64,000 bases of DNA, taken from contig CAVYGA010000002.1 in NCBI GenBank assembly GCA_963767955.1, positions 271,622 through 335,621 on the forward strand, in the 5' to 3' direction. The DNA comes from an uncultured Actinomycetota bacterium (lineage in GTDB: Bacteria; Actinomycetota; Actinomycetes; Propionibacteriales; Nocardioidaceae). Numbering within the stretch: the stretch's first letter is position 1; every line of letters starts with the position of its first letter. The position numbers and the translations under genes were made by a program. Positions 8,301-17,631 of this stretch are shown here, in pieces. The notes under the pieces were generated by a model. It did no database searches. It saw only the letters and a program-made list of their open reading frames with translations, and was not told the origin of the DNA.

Positions 8301-10892
8301 TCAGGGCACGGGGATGAGGGTGAGGGTGTTCTCGGCGGCGGCTTCGACGGCATCGCTGGTCCAGGCCCAGGGCAGGGTGCGGCCGTCGACGTAGAGGTCG
8401 GTCTGGTCGGTGAAGTTCGGGTGGAAGGCATGCCCCGAGGCCCCGGTCAGGTTGATCCACCGGGAGTCGTCGAAGTCGCCCAGCGAGACCACCATCCGCA
8501 TCGACGGCGCCGAGGTGACCTCGTAGCCCTGCCCCGCGTCCCAGCCCGTCGCGTTGACGATCGAGCCACCGCCGCCGATCTCCCAGCCGTCGCGGTTGAC
8601 GAGCCACTCGACCGCGCCGATCCCGGACTCCCCCAGGGTCGGGCTGTGCAGGTTCAGCCGGTGCATCCGCCCCCAGTCCCACTCCGAGGGTCGCCGGGCC
8701 TGGAGGCGGGTCATCTCGTCACGACCGTCGCGCAGCGCCGCGGTCAGGATGTCGTCCCGGGTCTCGACGACGTCGGTCGCGCGGTCGTCCCAGAACCCGT
8801 TCGCGGGCTGCCGCAGCAGCCGCCGGACCACCTGGAACCAGCGACTGCCACCGTCGGGCCACTGCGACTCGCGCATCTCGTCGTGGAAGGTCAGCCGCAA
8901 GAGGTTGCTCCACACCGCGTTGTAGTACGCCGCCGCGGACGACCCCGGTCCCTGGTGGAAGTCCCAGTCGTCCAGCAGCTCCTGACCCCCTCTGAAGTAG
9001 CCGCGCGGCAGCCGGACGTCGAGGAGGTAGGGCACCAGCTCCGGCGCCATCGCGTTGTAGTCGTCGAGCTGGAGGTCGGTCATCTCGTCCATCGACAGGT
9101 CGCCCTCGGCCTTCAGCAGCGCGCGGATCCGCTGCGAGCGGTAGCCGTAGTCCCAGTCGTCGGTGAGGAAGTAGGGGTACCTCGAGTCCGTGACGGCCTG
9201 GTTCGCGGTCACCACGAACCCCTCGTCCGGGTCGAGCACCGACGGCAGCGCGTCGAAGGGCACCTCCGTCCCGCTCCAGTCGTTCTCGGCGAGCCAACCG
9301 GCCGCCGGCAGCCTGCCGTCGTTGCCGGACTTGCGGACCGGCACCTGACCCGTCGCCTGGTAGCCGATGTGGCCCTCGGTGTCGGCGTACACCAGGTTCT
9401 GAGCCGGCACCGCGAAGTCCGCGGCCGCGGCCCGGAACTCCTCCCACGTCGAGGCGCGGTTGAACCCCAGGATCGCGTCCGCGGTCGTGGACGGCTCCAG
9501 AGCGGTCCACTGGAGGGCGACGGAGTAGCCGTTGCCCGGCTCGGGACCACCGGGCGTCTCCGCGTTCGCACCGACCGTGCTCAGCTCGTGCGAGACGTCG
9601 GAGAGCAGCGGCCCGTGCCCGGTGGACCGGATGGTCAGCTCGAAGTCGTCGTCGCCGTGGACCTTGATGGTCTCGGTTCGGATGTCGAGGGGCAGCATCC
9701 GGCCGTCGTGCAGCCAGCGGGTGCCGGCCACCTTCTCCAGGTAGAGGTCGGTCACGTCGGGGCCCAGGTTGGTGAACCCCCACGCGATGTCCTGGTTGTG
9801 ACCGATCACCACCCCCGGCACCCCGGAGAAGCTGAAGCCGGAGACGTCGAAGGGGCAGGCGGACGAGATCTCGGTGCAGTGCAGTCCCACCTGGTACCAG
9901 ATGCCGGGCAGGCTGGTGCCCAGGTGCGGGTCGTTGGCGAGCAGCGGCCTCCCGGTCGCGGAGTGCTCGCCGTCGACCACCCAGCTGTTGCTGCCGAGCC
10001 CGGAGCCGCGGCCGAGCAGCGCCGGCATCGCGTCGAGCCCGTCCTGGACGTCGGCGAGCGCCCGCACCTGGGCGGCGGTGTACGGCGGCCGCGCGGGGTT
10101 GCGGGTCCCGGGACCGGAGGCCTCGGACTCGTAGCGGCCGTCGACGACGGCGCCCTGCCGGACGATCGGCTGGTGCTCGGCGGAGGGGTAGTCGGGGTAG
10201 AGCTCGTCGACCTGCTCACGGGTGTGGTTCACCCCCGCCAGCGCCCGGCCGACCTCGTCCTCCATGTTGCCGCGCAGGTCCCACGCCATCGCCTTGAGCC
10301 AGGCCAGCGAGTCGACCGGACCCCACTCCTCGGGGGTGTAGTCGAGGCCGCCCGCGGAGAGCACGGAGTACTCCAGCGAGATCTCCGAGAGCGGTCGGTC
10401 GGCGAGGTAGGCGTTCACGCCCTGGCTGTAGGCCTCCAGCGCCGCGCGCGTGTCGGGGTCGAGCAGCGGCAGCTCCTCCTCGGCGACCCGGCGCCAGCCG
10501 AGGGTCCGGACGAACTTGTCGGTCTCCAGACCGTCCGCACCGAACAGCTCGGCGCTCCGGCCGGCGGTGACGTGGCGGCGTACGTCCATCTCGAAGAAGC
10601 GGTCCTGGGCGGTGACGAAGCCCTGCGCCCGCATGAGGTCGGCGGTGCTCTCGGCGTAGATCTGCGGGATGCCGTTGTCGTCGCGGACCACCCGCACCTC
10701 CGCGTCGAGGCCGGCGAGCTCGAGCTCACCGTCGGTCTGTGGCCAGGACGTGCGGACCAGCACGACACCGGTGACGAGCGCGGCGACCAGCACCAGCACC
10801 ACGCCCACAGCGGCGTACGACGCCCAGCGCGCCGGCGACGGCCAGGCGCGGAACACCCTCCAGCTGCGCATCAGGTCCGGCACGGGGGCCAT
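8301..10892 (-). CDS. Penicillin acylase family (Ntn-hydrolase S45) protein, N-terminally membrane-anchored
   Basis: 'GIPQIYA', 'QGFVTAQDRFFEMD', 'GSNSWVV', 'LLANDPHL', 'NLVYADTEGHIGY', 'ANQ'. Start is ATG 10892 or GTG 10883. Confidence 0.9.
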   Translation of the reverse strand: MAPVPDLMRSWRVFRAWPSPARWASYAAVGVVLVLVAALVTGVVLVRTSWPQTDGELELAGLDAEVRVVRDDNGIPQIYAESTADLMRAQGFVTAQDRFFEMDVRRHVTAGRSAELFGADGLETDKFVRTLGWRRVAEEELPLLDPDTRAALEAYSQGVNAYLADRPLSEISLEYSVLSAGGLDYTPEEWGPVDSLAWLKAMAWDLRGNMEDEVGRALAGVNHTREQVDELYPDYPSAEHQPIVRQGAVVDGRYESEASGPGTRNPARPPYTAAQVRALADVQDGLDAMPALLGRGSGLGSNSWVVDGEHSATGRPLLANDPHLGTSLPGIWYQVGLHCTEISSACPFDVSGFSFSGVPGVVIGHNQDIAWGFTNLGPDVTDLYLEKVAGTRWLHDGRMLPLDIRTETIKVHGDDDFELTIRSTGHGPLLSDVSHELSTVGANAETPGGPEPGNGYSVALQWTALEPSTTADAILGFNRASTWEEFRAAAADFAVPAQNLVYADTEGHIGYQATGQVPVRKSGNDGRLPAAGWLAENDWSGTEVPFDALPSVLDPDEGFVVTANQAVTDSRYPYFLTDDWDYGYRSQRIRALLKAEGDLSMDEMTDLQLDDYNAMAPELVPYLLDVRLPRGYFRGGQELLDDWDFHQGPGSSAAAYYNAVWSNLLRLTFHDEMRESQWPDGGSRWFQVVRRLLRQPANGFWDDRATDVVETRDDILTAALRDGRDEMTRLQARRPSEWDWGRMHRLNLHSPTLGESGIGAVEWLVNRDGWEIGGGGSIVNATGWDAGQGYEVTSAPSMRMVVSLGDFDDSRWINLTGASGHAFHPNFTDQTDLYVDGRTLPWAWTSDAVEAAAENTLTLIPVP

Positions 10893-10962
10893 TGTGCACG
10901 CCGGTCCCCCGCCGCGGCGCGGGAGCCCGCCGACCGCCGGCCGGTGGCCCGGGGGCGCGGCG

Positions 10963-11391
10963 TCAGGAGGTGGCGGACGAGCCCGACGACGAACCCGAGG
11001 TGGCCTTGCCCGATCCCGAGGAGCCGCCCGTCGAGCTCGACGACCCGCCCGAGGACGTGTCGCCCGACGACGTGCTCGACGACTTCCCCGACTTCTCGGA
11101 CGACTTCTCCGACGACGTGCCCGAGGACGTGCCCGAGGACGTGTCGGAGGACTTGGCACCCGAGCCGCTGTCGGACCCGCCCGCGGCGGTCGAGGCGGAC
11201 CCGGCGCGCGCGTCGGCGCGCGAGTCGGTGCGATAGAAGCCCGAGCCCTTGAAGACCACCCCGACCGCGTTGAACACCTTGCGCAGCCGACCCGAGCAGA
11301 CCGGGCAGACGGTCAGCGCGTCGTCGCTGAAGCTCTGCACCTGGTCGAACGCGTGCCCGCACTCGGTGCAGGCGTACTGATAGGTCGGCAC
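10963..11391 (-). CDS. FmdB-family zinc-ribbon protein (Rv0991c-like) with a Ser/Gly-rich tail
   Basis: GTG start 'PTYQYACTECGHAFD...CPVCSGRLRKVF...VVFKGSGFYRTDSR', GGAGG SD, low-complexity C-terminus. Confidence 0.9.
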   Translation of the reverse strand: MPTYQYACTECGHAFDQVQSFSDDALTVCPVCSGRLRKVFNAVGVVFKGSGFYRTDSRADARAGSASTAAGGSDSGSGAKSSDTSSGTSSGTSSEKSSEKSGKSSSTSSGDTSSGGSSSSTGGSSGSGKATSGSSSGSSATS

Positions 11392-11427
11392 GACTCGGGA
11401 ACCTCCGGGAAGACAGGGTGATCGCGG

Positions 11428-11454
11428 CTGGCACTCGGGCCTGCCGACTGCCAA
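11428..11454 (-). promoter_or_regulatory. CIRCE (HrcA operator) upstream of the FmdB gene
   Basis: CTGGCACTC-N9-GACTGCCAA versus consensus TTAGCACTC-N9-GAGTGCTAA; it abuts a minus-strand -10 TATCCT (11459-11454). Confidence 0.8.
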
Positions 11455-11514
11455 GGATACGGCACCTGTGGAGAACTCCGCGGCGCGGTCGCGGATCCAC
11501 CTAGCCTCGATCCC

Positions 11515-12198
11515 GTGCCCACCTCCTCCGCGACGTACCGCTCCGACGACCGCCGGCGCGCAGACCCGCGCGTCCGGATGGCCGACCTGAGCCGTGCCGT
11601 ACGACGAGGGGTGCTGCGCCGCCGCCGGTTGCTGAGCGCGCTGTGCGTCGGCGGAGCGGTGCTGGTCGGGCTGCAGGCGGCCGCGCCGGCGCCGCCGCCG
11701 ACCGTCGCGGTGCTGACCGCGGTCCGTGACCTGCCGGCCGGCACGGTGCTGCGGGGCTCGGACGTGGCCCCGGTCGAGTTCCGTCCCGACTCCGCGCCCG
11801 ACGGGCGCGCGGGGCGGGGCGCGGTGGTGGGGCGCACCCTGGCCGCGCCGTTGCGTCGCGGCGAGCCGGTGACCGACGTCCGGCTGGTCGGCCCGTCCCT
11901 GCTGCGCGGCTACCCCGGCCTGGTCGCGGTTCCGGTGCGCATCCCGGACCCCGGCACCGTGGCGCTGCTGCGGGTCGGCGACCGCGTGGACCTGATGGTG
12001 ACCGAGACCGACGGGTCGTCGTCCCGGCTGCTCGCCGGTGGCGTGCCGGTGCTGGCGCTGCCCACCGACACCGAGGAGACCACGGCGCCGAGCGTGCTCA
12101 GCGGCCGGCTGGTGGTCTTCGGGACGTCTCCCGCGCTCGCCGGGGCGACGACGTCCGCGGCCGTCCGGGGATACCTCGGCGTGGTCATCTCCCGCTAG
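11515..12198 (+). CDS. SAF/CpaB-like domain protein (Rv0990c-like)
   Basis: TM segment, then 'VLTAVRDLPAGTVL...LAAPLRRGEPVTDVRLVG' and 'LLRVGDRVDL'. Leaderless TAGCCT lies 7 nt before GTG. Confidence 0.8.
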   Translation: MPTSSATYRSDDRRRADPRVRMADLSRAVRRGVLRRRRLLSALCVGGAVLVGLQAAAPAPPPTVAVLTAVRDLPAGTVLRGSDVAPVEFRPDSAPDGRAGRGAVVGRTLAAPLRRGEPVTDVRLVGPSLLRGYPGLVAVPVRIPDPGTVALLRVGDRVDLMVTETDGSSSRLLAGGVPVLALPTDTEETTAPSVLSGRLVVFGTSPALAGATTSAAVRGYLGVVISR

Positions 12199-12267
12199 CC
12201 TGCGGCACTGGACGATCGAGACACGCGGGCGCCAGCAGGGGGCTCGTGGTCGAGCAAGGGAGTCATC

Positions 12268-12633
12268 GTGCAGGGTTTCAAGGAGTTCATCCTCAAGGGC
12301 AACCTCGTCGAGCTTGCCGTCGCCTTCATCATGGCCACCGCCTTCGCAGCCGTGGTCACCACGTTCACCGGCGTGCTCATGGGCTTCATCGGCAAGGTCG
12401 GCGGCCAGCCGGACTTCTCCAGTGTCGAGCTGGCCGACGTCAACGTCGGCGTCTTCCTCAACGCGCTGATCGCGTTCGTGGTCATCGGCGCCGTCGTCTA
12501 CTACTTCGTGGTCACGCCCTACAACAAGGTGCTCGAGCGGACCAAGCAGGAGGAGCCCCCGGCCGCCAAGTCCGACGACGTGTTGGTGCTGGAGGAGATC
12601 CGCGACCTGCTGGCCCGGCGCCCGCAGGCCTGA
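12268..12633 (+). CDS. mscL: Large-conductance mechanosensitive channel
   Basis: 'GFKEFILKGNLVELAVAFIMATAF...FLNALIAF...YYFVVTPYN...LEEIRDLL'. Confidence 0.95.
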   Translation: MQGFKEFILKGNLVELAVAFIMATAFAAVVTTFTGVLMGFIGKVGGQPDFSSVELADVNVGVFLNALIAFVVIGAVVYYFVVTPYNKVLERTKQEEPPAAKSDDVLVLEEIRDLLARRPQA

Positions 12634-12644
12634 CCTCAGCCCGC

Positions 12645-12862
12645 TCAGCCGTGGTGCGGCGGCACCTGCCGGCGCAGCCACTCCTCGCTGCGGAGCTGGT
12701 CCGAGGCCGTCTCGGCGCCGGCCTCGGACGCGTCGTCGCGGGTGGCCTCGGGCAGCACGTCCCCGAACACCGCGGCGAGCCGCCGACGGCGTACCCACTC
12801 GGGCTCGGGTCGCCGTCGACCTCGGGCTCGGCCTCGGGCTCGGGCGGCCGCTCGTCGCTCAT
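12645..12862 (-). pseudogene. Small conserved-looking actinobacterial protein (~72 aa), split by an apparent 1-nt frameshift
   Basis: The ATG 12862 frame reads MSDERPPEPEAEPEVDGD. The -1 frame continues PEPEWVRRRRLAAVFGDVLPEATRDD...EEWLRRQVPPHHG* (stop 12645). Confidence 0.55.
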
Positions 12863-12869
12863 CCGTGCC

Positions 12870-14069
12870 TCAGGCGCACAGGCCGTTGGCCGCGGCGGAC
12901 TCGGCATCGGCCTCGGTCGGCGGCGCGGTGTCCTCGTCGGAGGGATCGGCGCCCGGGTCGTCGCTCGCACCATCGCTCGGGGTCGAGCCGGGCTCACCGG
13001 CTGCGGTGATCACCTCGGCGCTCAGCCGCTTGGACAGGGCCTGGTCGAAGCGGAGCTTCTTCCAGAGCAGCTCGGCGTCGTCGGACCAGACCAGGCGGTT
13101 GGGGTCGGGCTGGTAGGCCTCGAACGGCACGGTGATGAACTTGACCTTGCTCAGCCCGATGCCCTGGAACTGTCCGGCGAGCTCCGCGATCTTCTTCACC
13201 GAGCTCAGGCCCGGGTCGAGGGTCAGCGACCTCGTGGCGGCGTCGACGAACTTGAACGCGCGGTCGAAGCGCGCGAGGGTGCCGGCGGACTTCACCTTGT
13301 TGGCCATCGCCGCGATGAAGGCCTGCTGGCGCTTCATCCGGCCGATGTCACCGTTGTTGGAGATGTTGTGCCGCACGCGCACGTAGTTGAGGGCCTCCTG
13401 GCCCCTGATCTCGCGGGTGCCGGCCTTGAGGTGGATGTTGCCCACCGGGTCGTCGACGTCCTCGGGGATGCACACCTTGACACCGTCGATCGCGTCGACC
13501 ATGTCCTTGAAGCCGTTGAAGTCGAGGACCACGAAGTGGTCGATCTTCACCTTGGTCAGCTGCTCGAACTGACGGATCGTGCACGCGGGTCCCCCGACCG
13601 AGAAGGCGGCGTTCCACATGTCGAATCCGCCGGGGATCTCTTCCTTGTCCTCGGTGTAGCAGGTGGGGCGCTGCACCATCGCGTCGCGCGGCAGGCTCAC
13701 GCCGTACGCGTCCTGCCGGTCCGCGGAGAGGTGGAACAGGAGGGTGGTGTCCGAGCGCTGGCCGCCGCCCTTGAGGCCGTCGATGTTGTTGCCCTGACCG
13801 TCGCGGCTGTCCGAGCCCATCACCAGCACGTTGATGGGCTCGCGCGGCCCCTCGACCTCCTCCTTCTCGGGGCGGTCCTCGCCCAGCTGGGCGGCGACGT
13901 CGAGGATGGTGAGGTTCTCGTTGAAGTGCCGGTAGGAGTAGACGGCGAACAGGCCGACGGTGACCGCGAGGGTCAGCACGGCGAAGCCGAAGAGCCGGAG
14001 GACGTGGTGGCGCGCCTCGGCGTCACCCTTGTGGCGGCCGGTGGTTTCACTCACTGAAGAAGGACTCAT
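12870..14069 (-). CDS. LCP (LytR-CpsA-Psr) family cell-wall polymer transferase
   Basis: TM segment, 'INVLVMGSDSR', 'RSDTTLLFH', 'SLPRD', 'ALNYVRVRH...DIGRMKRQQAF'. Confidence 0.93.
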   Translation of the reverse strand: MSPSSVSETTGRHKGDAEARHHVLRLFGFAVLTLAVTVGLFAVYSYRHFNENLTILDVAAQLGEDRPEKEEVEGPREPINVLVMGSDSRDGQGNNIDGLKGGGQRSDTTLLFHLSADRQDAYGVSLPRDAMVQRPTCYTEDKEEIPGGFDMWNAAFSVGGPACTIRQFEQLTKVKIDHFVVLDFNGFKDMVDAIDGVKVCIPEDVDDPVGNIHLKAGTREIRGQEALNYVRVRHNISNNGDIGRMKRQQAFIAAMANKVKSAGTLARFDRAFKFVDAATRSLTLDPGLSSVKKIAELAGQFQGIGLSKVKFITVPFEAYQPDPNRLVWSDDAELLWKKLRFDQALSKRLSAEVITAAGEPGSTPSDGASDDPGADPSDEDTAPPTEADAESAAANGLCA

Positions 14070-14275
14070 TCGGGGGATCGCGGGCAGGACGGGGCGCCGG
14101 TGGAGGCCACGGCACCGGAGGAAAGGCTACGCGATTCCTCCCCGGAGGCGTGAGTTGTCGGGCAATGTGCGCCCACGCCCGCCGGAGCGCGCCGGGAGGC
14201 GCGCCGCAGAGAAATGTCCACAAAGTAGTAACAAAACCGGTTCGCAGAGTCAATTGGGAACTTAGACTCCCCAAC

Positions 14276-15307
14276 ATGTTCCAGGCACTGCACTGGCCGC
14301 TGCGCGGCACCGCCCTGATGCTGGCGATCGCCGCCATGCTGCTCCCGACGACGACTCCCGCCCAGAGCGCCTCCAGCGCGGTGACTGCCTCCTGGCCGTC
14401 CGCCACGATGGTCCGCGGCTCCGCGCACGTCGTCACCGGCACGGTCGCCGACACCGGGTCGGTGGCGCTGGAACAGCGGGTGCTCGGTGGTTGGCGCTCG
14501 GTCGCCACCACCTCGTCGACGTCCACCGGCGCCTACTCCCTCAGGCTGCCGACCTGGTGGCTCGGCTCCCGGACCTACCGGGTGCGCAGCACCACCGCGG
14601 TCACGCGCGAGTGGCGGGCCCACGTGACCCCGCGCTACACGCCCCGCGGCAGGAGCTCGCAGTTCGACTACAGCTTCGACTCGATGACCCGCTGGAACCC
14701 GTGCACCGTCATCGGCTACCGCGTGAACGCCCGGCACGCCACGCGCGGCGCCCTGCGGGACACCAAGCGCGCGTTCGCCCGGATGTCCCAGGCCACCGGC
14801 TTCCGGTTCGTCTACCGCGGCCGCACCCGGGGGATGCCGACCACGGGCACCAACGACTGGTACCGCCCCGACACCCAGATCGTCGTCGCCTGGGCCAAGC
14901 CCAGCCAGTCCTCCCTGCTGAACGCCTACCCGAAGGCGGCCGGCGTCGGCGCCGCGATGGCCCGCACCGGCTACCGCAACGGCGACGGCAGCCGGACCAA
15001 CGTGATCAGCCGGGGCATGGTCGTCATCAACGCAGCGATGCGCCAGAGGCCCGGCTTCGGCGCCGGCCTGACCCGCGGCGACACCCTGATGCACGAGATC
15101 GGCCACGCCATGGGGCTCTCGCACGCCGGGGTCGCCAAGCAGATGATGTACGCCTACCTGACGCGCACCACCGCGCGGTTCGGCCGCGGCGACCTGCACG
15201 CGCTCGAGGCGCGCGGCAGCAAGCTGGGCTGCATCGACACCAGCGCACCCCGCGTCGCCGCCCGCGGCGCCGCACCCGCCGTGGCGGCCATCCGCGTGTC
15301 CCCCTGA
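14276..15307 (+). CDS. Secreted matrixin-like (M10 metzincin) metalloprotease
   Basis: Signal-peptide-like N-terminus; 'HEIGHAMGLSH' zinc motif followed by a Met-turn 'QMMY'. Confidence 0.8.
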   Translation: MFQALHWPLRGTALMLAIAAMLLPTTTPAQSASSAVTASWPSATMVRGSAHVVTGTVADTGSVALEQRVLGGWRSVATTSSTSTGAYSLRLPTWWLGSRTYRVRSTTAVTREWRAHVTPRYTPRGRSSQFDYSFDSMTRWNPCTVIGYRVNARHATRGALRDTKRAFARMSQATGFRFVYRGRTRGMPTTGTNDWYRPDTQIVVAWAKPSQSSLLNAYPKAAGVGAAMARTGYRNGDGSRTNVISRGMVVINAAMRQRPGFGAGLTRGDTLMHEIGHAMGLSHAGVAKQMMYAYLTRTTARFGRGDLHALEARGSKLGCIDTSAPRVAARGAAPAVAAIRVSP

Positions 15308-15308
15308 C

Positions 15309-15337
15309 CCTGCGGCGTCTCCCGGGTACGCCGCAGG
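15309..15337. terminator. Hairpin between convergent genes (probable bidirectional terminator)
   Basis: CCTGCGGCGT-N9-ACGCCGCAGG, 10-bp perfect stem. Confidence 0.6.
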
Positions 15338-15377
15338 CAGGGGAGGCAGCGGTGCCGCCACGCGACCCGCACCCGAG

Positions 15378-16613
15378 CTAGTCGAGCAGTCCGTCGCGCA
15401 GTGCCGCGGCCAGGGTCGGCGTCAGGGGCAGCCGCGGGATCAGGGTCGCCTGGACGGCGTGGTAGGTGTCGGGCTTGCCGTTCCACACGACGCCGCTCGG
15501 CCGGTTCTGCGGGTCCAGCTCGTGGCGCCAGGACCCCAGCTCCGGATCGAGGAACACCTCGGCGACGTGGTCCCACCAGGTGGCGTACCACGCGTCGTAC
15601 GCCGGGTCGCCGGTGGCCGCGTGCAGCGCGGCGGCCGTGGCCGTCGCCTCGGCCGCGACCCAGTGCATCCGCTCGCGCACCACGGGCGTCCCGGCCCAGT
15701 CGACGGTGTAGACGAAGCCGTCCGCGCCGTCGACCGCCCAGCCCTCCCGCACCGAGGCGTCGAAGAGCGCCACGGCGTCGTCGAGCAGCCAGTCCGGCGC
15801 CGTGGAGCCGAGCGCGGCCCGCAGGTGCAACGCCAGCCTGGCCCACTCCAGCCAGTGACCGATCGTCGCGCCGTAGGGTCGGAAGGGGTGGGCGGGCGTG
15901 TCCAGGTTGTAGTCCAGCAGCGGGGTCCACTGCTCGTCGAAGTGCTCCGGCAGCCGCCAGTCGTGGGTGGGGCCGAGGTCGTGGACCACCCGGGTGACGA
16001 TCCGCAGCGCCTTGTCCAGCAGGCTCCGGTCGCCGGTGGCGTCGGCTGCCGCGAGGAGCGCCTCGACCGTGTGCATGTTGGCGTTCACGCCGCGGTAGGG
16101 GTCCAGGGTCGAGAACGACTCGTCCCACTCCTCGACGACCATGCCGTGCGTCTCGTCCCAGAAGTGCGTGAGCAGCACATCGAGGGCCTCGTCGAGCAGG
16201 CCGGCCGCGCCGGGACGCCCGGCGCAGGTCGCGCTCGCGGCCGCGAGCACCACGAACGCGTGGGGATAGGCGCTCTTCTCGCGCGAGGTCGGACCGTCGG
16301 CGTCGACCGCGGCGTACCACCCCGCGCGTGCGTGGTCGCGGAAGCGTCCGGTCAGGGCACGCAGCCCGTGATCCACCAGGGCGCCCGAGCCGGGCCGGCC
16401 CATCAGGTGGCCGAGCGCGAACACGTGCGTCATCCGGCAGGTGATCCACAGCTCCACCGGCCGGTCGAGCCCGGGACGCCCCGAGACGTCGAGCCAGGCG
16501 AACCCGCCGGCCGGATGACGCGAGGCCCGGCTGAAGTCGAGCAGCCGGTCGGCCTCGGCCTCGAGCCAGCGCGCGTGCGCCGGCCGGCCGAGCCACGTGC
16601 TCGAGCCGGACAT
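15378..16613 (-). CDS. AGE-family epimerase/isomerase (YihS/D-mannose isomerase-like)
   Basis: 'WITCRMTHVFALG', 'KSAYPHAF', 'YRGVNANMHTVEA', 'TIGHWLEWARL', 'RMHWVAAEA', 'WRHELD', 'GKPDTYH'. Confidence 0.88.
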   Translation of the reverse strand: MSGSSTWLGRPAHARWLEAEADRLLDFSRASRHPAGGFAWLDVSGRPGLDRPVELWITCRMTHVFALGHLMGRPGSGALVDHGLRALTGRFRDHARAGWYAAVDADGPTSREKSAYPHAFVVLAAASATCAGRPGAAGLLDEALDVLLTHFWDETHGMVVEEWDESFSTLDPYRGVNANMHTVEALLAAADATGDRSLLDKALRIVTRVVHDLGPTHDWRLPEHFDEQWTPLLDYNLDTPAHPFRPYGATIGHWLEWARLALHLRAALGSTAPDWLLDDAVALFDASVREGWAVDGADGFVYTVDWAGTPVVRERMHWVAAEATATAAALHAATGDPAYDAWYATWWDHVAEVFLDPELGSWRHELDPQNRPSGVVWNGKPDTYHAVQATLIPRLPLTPTLAAALRDGLLD

Positions 16614-17584
16614 CACGAGCCCAGCGAGGAGTAGCGCTCCCCCACCGTGTACGTCGCCACGCCCAGCGTCGAGTCGCTCTGCCCGTAGTAGGCGAACCAG
16701 GTGCCCTTGAAGAGCACCAGGCCCTCGACGAACGTCACGTTGGAGACGAGGCCGTGGGTGTCCTCGTAGGTCGAGGGCTCCAGCCAGGGCCGGTTCATCT
16801 GCGCGAGGATCGTGCCCGGGTCGGCCGGGTCGATGAGCAGCTGCCCGCAGGTGTAGCGGACCGTGCCGTCGGGGTTCTTCACCGCCGCGTTGTGCACCAG
16901 CAGGATCAGCCCGTTGTCGGTGATGATCGGCTGCGGGCCGACCTCGACCAGGAACTCGCCGAACGTGCCCGGCCCGGTGGGGACCATCAACGGCTCGTCG
17001 TTGGGGCAGGGCTTCCAGTGGATCAGGTCGTCGGACCACGCGTAGTAGATCGAGCCCTCACCGAAGTACATCAGGTAGCGGCCGTCGATCGGCACCGACA
17101 GGATCCCGCCGGCCTTGCTCCAGGGGGCGTCCGAGCCGTTGCCCTGCGGCAGGAACGTGTTGAAGTCCGGGAACATCGGGCCGTGCTTGGTCCAGGTGAA
17201 CAGGTCGGTCGAGGTGGCCAGGCACAGCTGGGCCGACGTCCGGTCCCAGCCGGTGTAGGTCAGGTAGTAGGTGCCGTCGATCTCGGTGACCCGGGGATCC
17301 TCCGCCCCGAACTCCTCGTAGGGCTCGGTCGGCGAGAGCACCGGCTCCGGGTGCCGCTCGAAGTGGATGCCGTCCTCGCTGGTGGCGAGGCCGACGTGCG
17401 ACACGATGTCGTCGGCGTGGGCGCGGTAGAGCAGGACGACCTTGCCGTCCTTGACCACCGCGGCGGGGTTGTAGACGCTCGCGGACTCCCAGCCGTCTCC
17501 TTGCGGAGACAGGATCGGGTTCTTCTCGTAGGGGCGGAAGGGCCCGAGCGGGAAGGCTGTCGGGGCGTTGGCGTGTGCGGACAT
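16613..17584 (-). CDS. GH130 beta-mannoside phosphorylase (beta-1,2-mannobiose/oligomannan type by resemblance)
   Basis: 'YNPAAVV...LLYRA', 'GLATSEDGIHFER', 'GAEDPRV', 'YYLTYTG', 'KAGGI', 'NVTFVEGLV'. Confidence 0.85.
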   Translation of the reverse strand: MSAHANAPTAFPLGPFRPYEKNPILSPQGDGWESASVYNPAAVVKDGKVVLLYRAHADDIVSHVGLATSEDGIHFERHPEPVLSPTEPYEEFGAEDPRVTEIDGTYYLTYTGWDRTSAQLCLATSTDLFTWTKHGPMFPDFNTFLPQGNGSDAPWSKAGGILSVPIDGRYLMYFGEGSIYYAWSDDLIHWKPCPNDEPLMVPTGPGTFGEFLVEVGPQPIITDNGLILLVHNAAVKNPDGTVRYTCGQLLIDPADPGTILAQMNRPWLEPSTYEDTHGLVSNVTFVEGLVLFKGTWFAYYGQSDSTLGVATYTVGERYSSLGS

Positions 17585-17631
17585 GTTCGTTCCTCGTTCT
17601 CTGGTCATGGGGGTGGTGGTGCGGGGCGGGC

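Noticed and set aside
10963-11220. Short tandem repeats (GAGGACGTGCCC) near 11120
   Set aside because: They encode the Ser/Gly/Thr low-complexity tail of FmdB; there are no spacers, so this is not a CRISPR array.
12870-12872. Selenocysteine/readthrough at the LCP TGA
   Set aside because: The in-frame continuation is rich in CGA codons, no SECIS-like context is evident, and an ATG 8 nt downstream explains the next gene.
14090-14275. AT-richer spacer upstream of the matrixin gene, checked for a c-di-AMP or other riboswitch
   Set aside because: No recognisable aptamer motifs; best explained as divergent promoters, with a weak TTGGGAA-N7-TCCCCAA palindrome.
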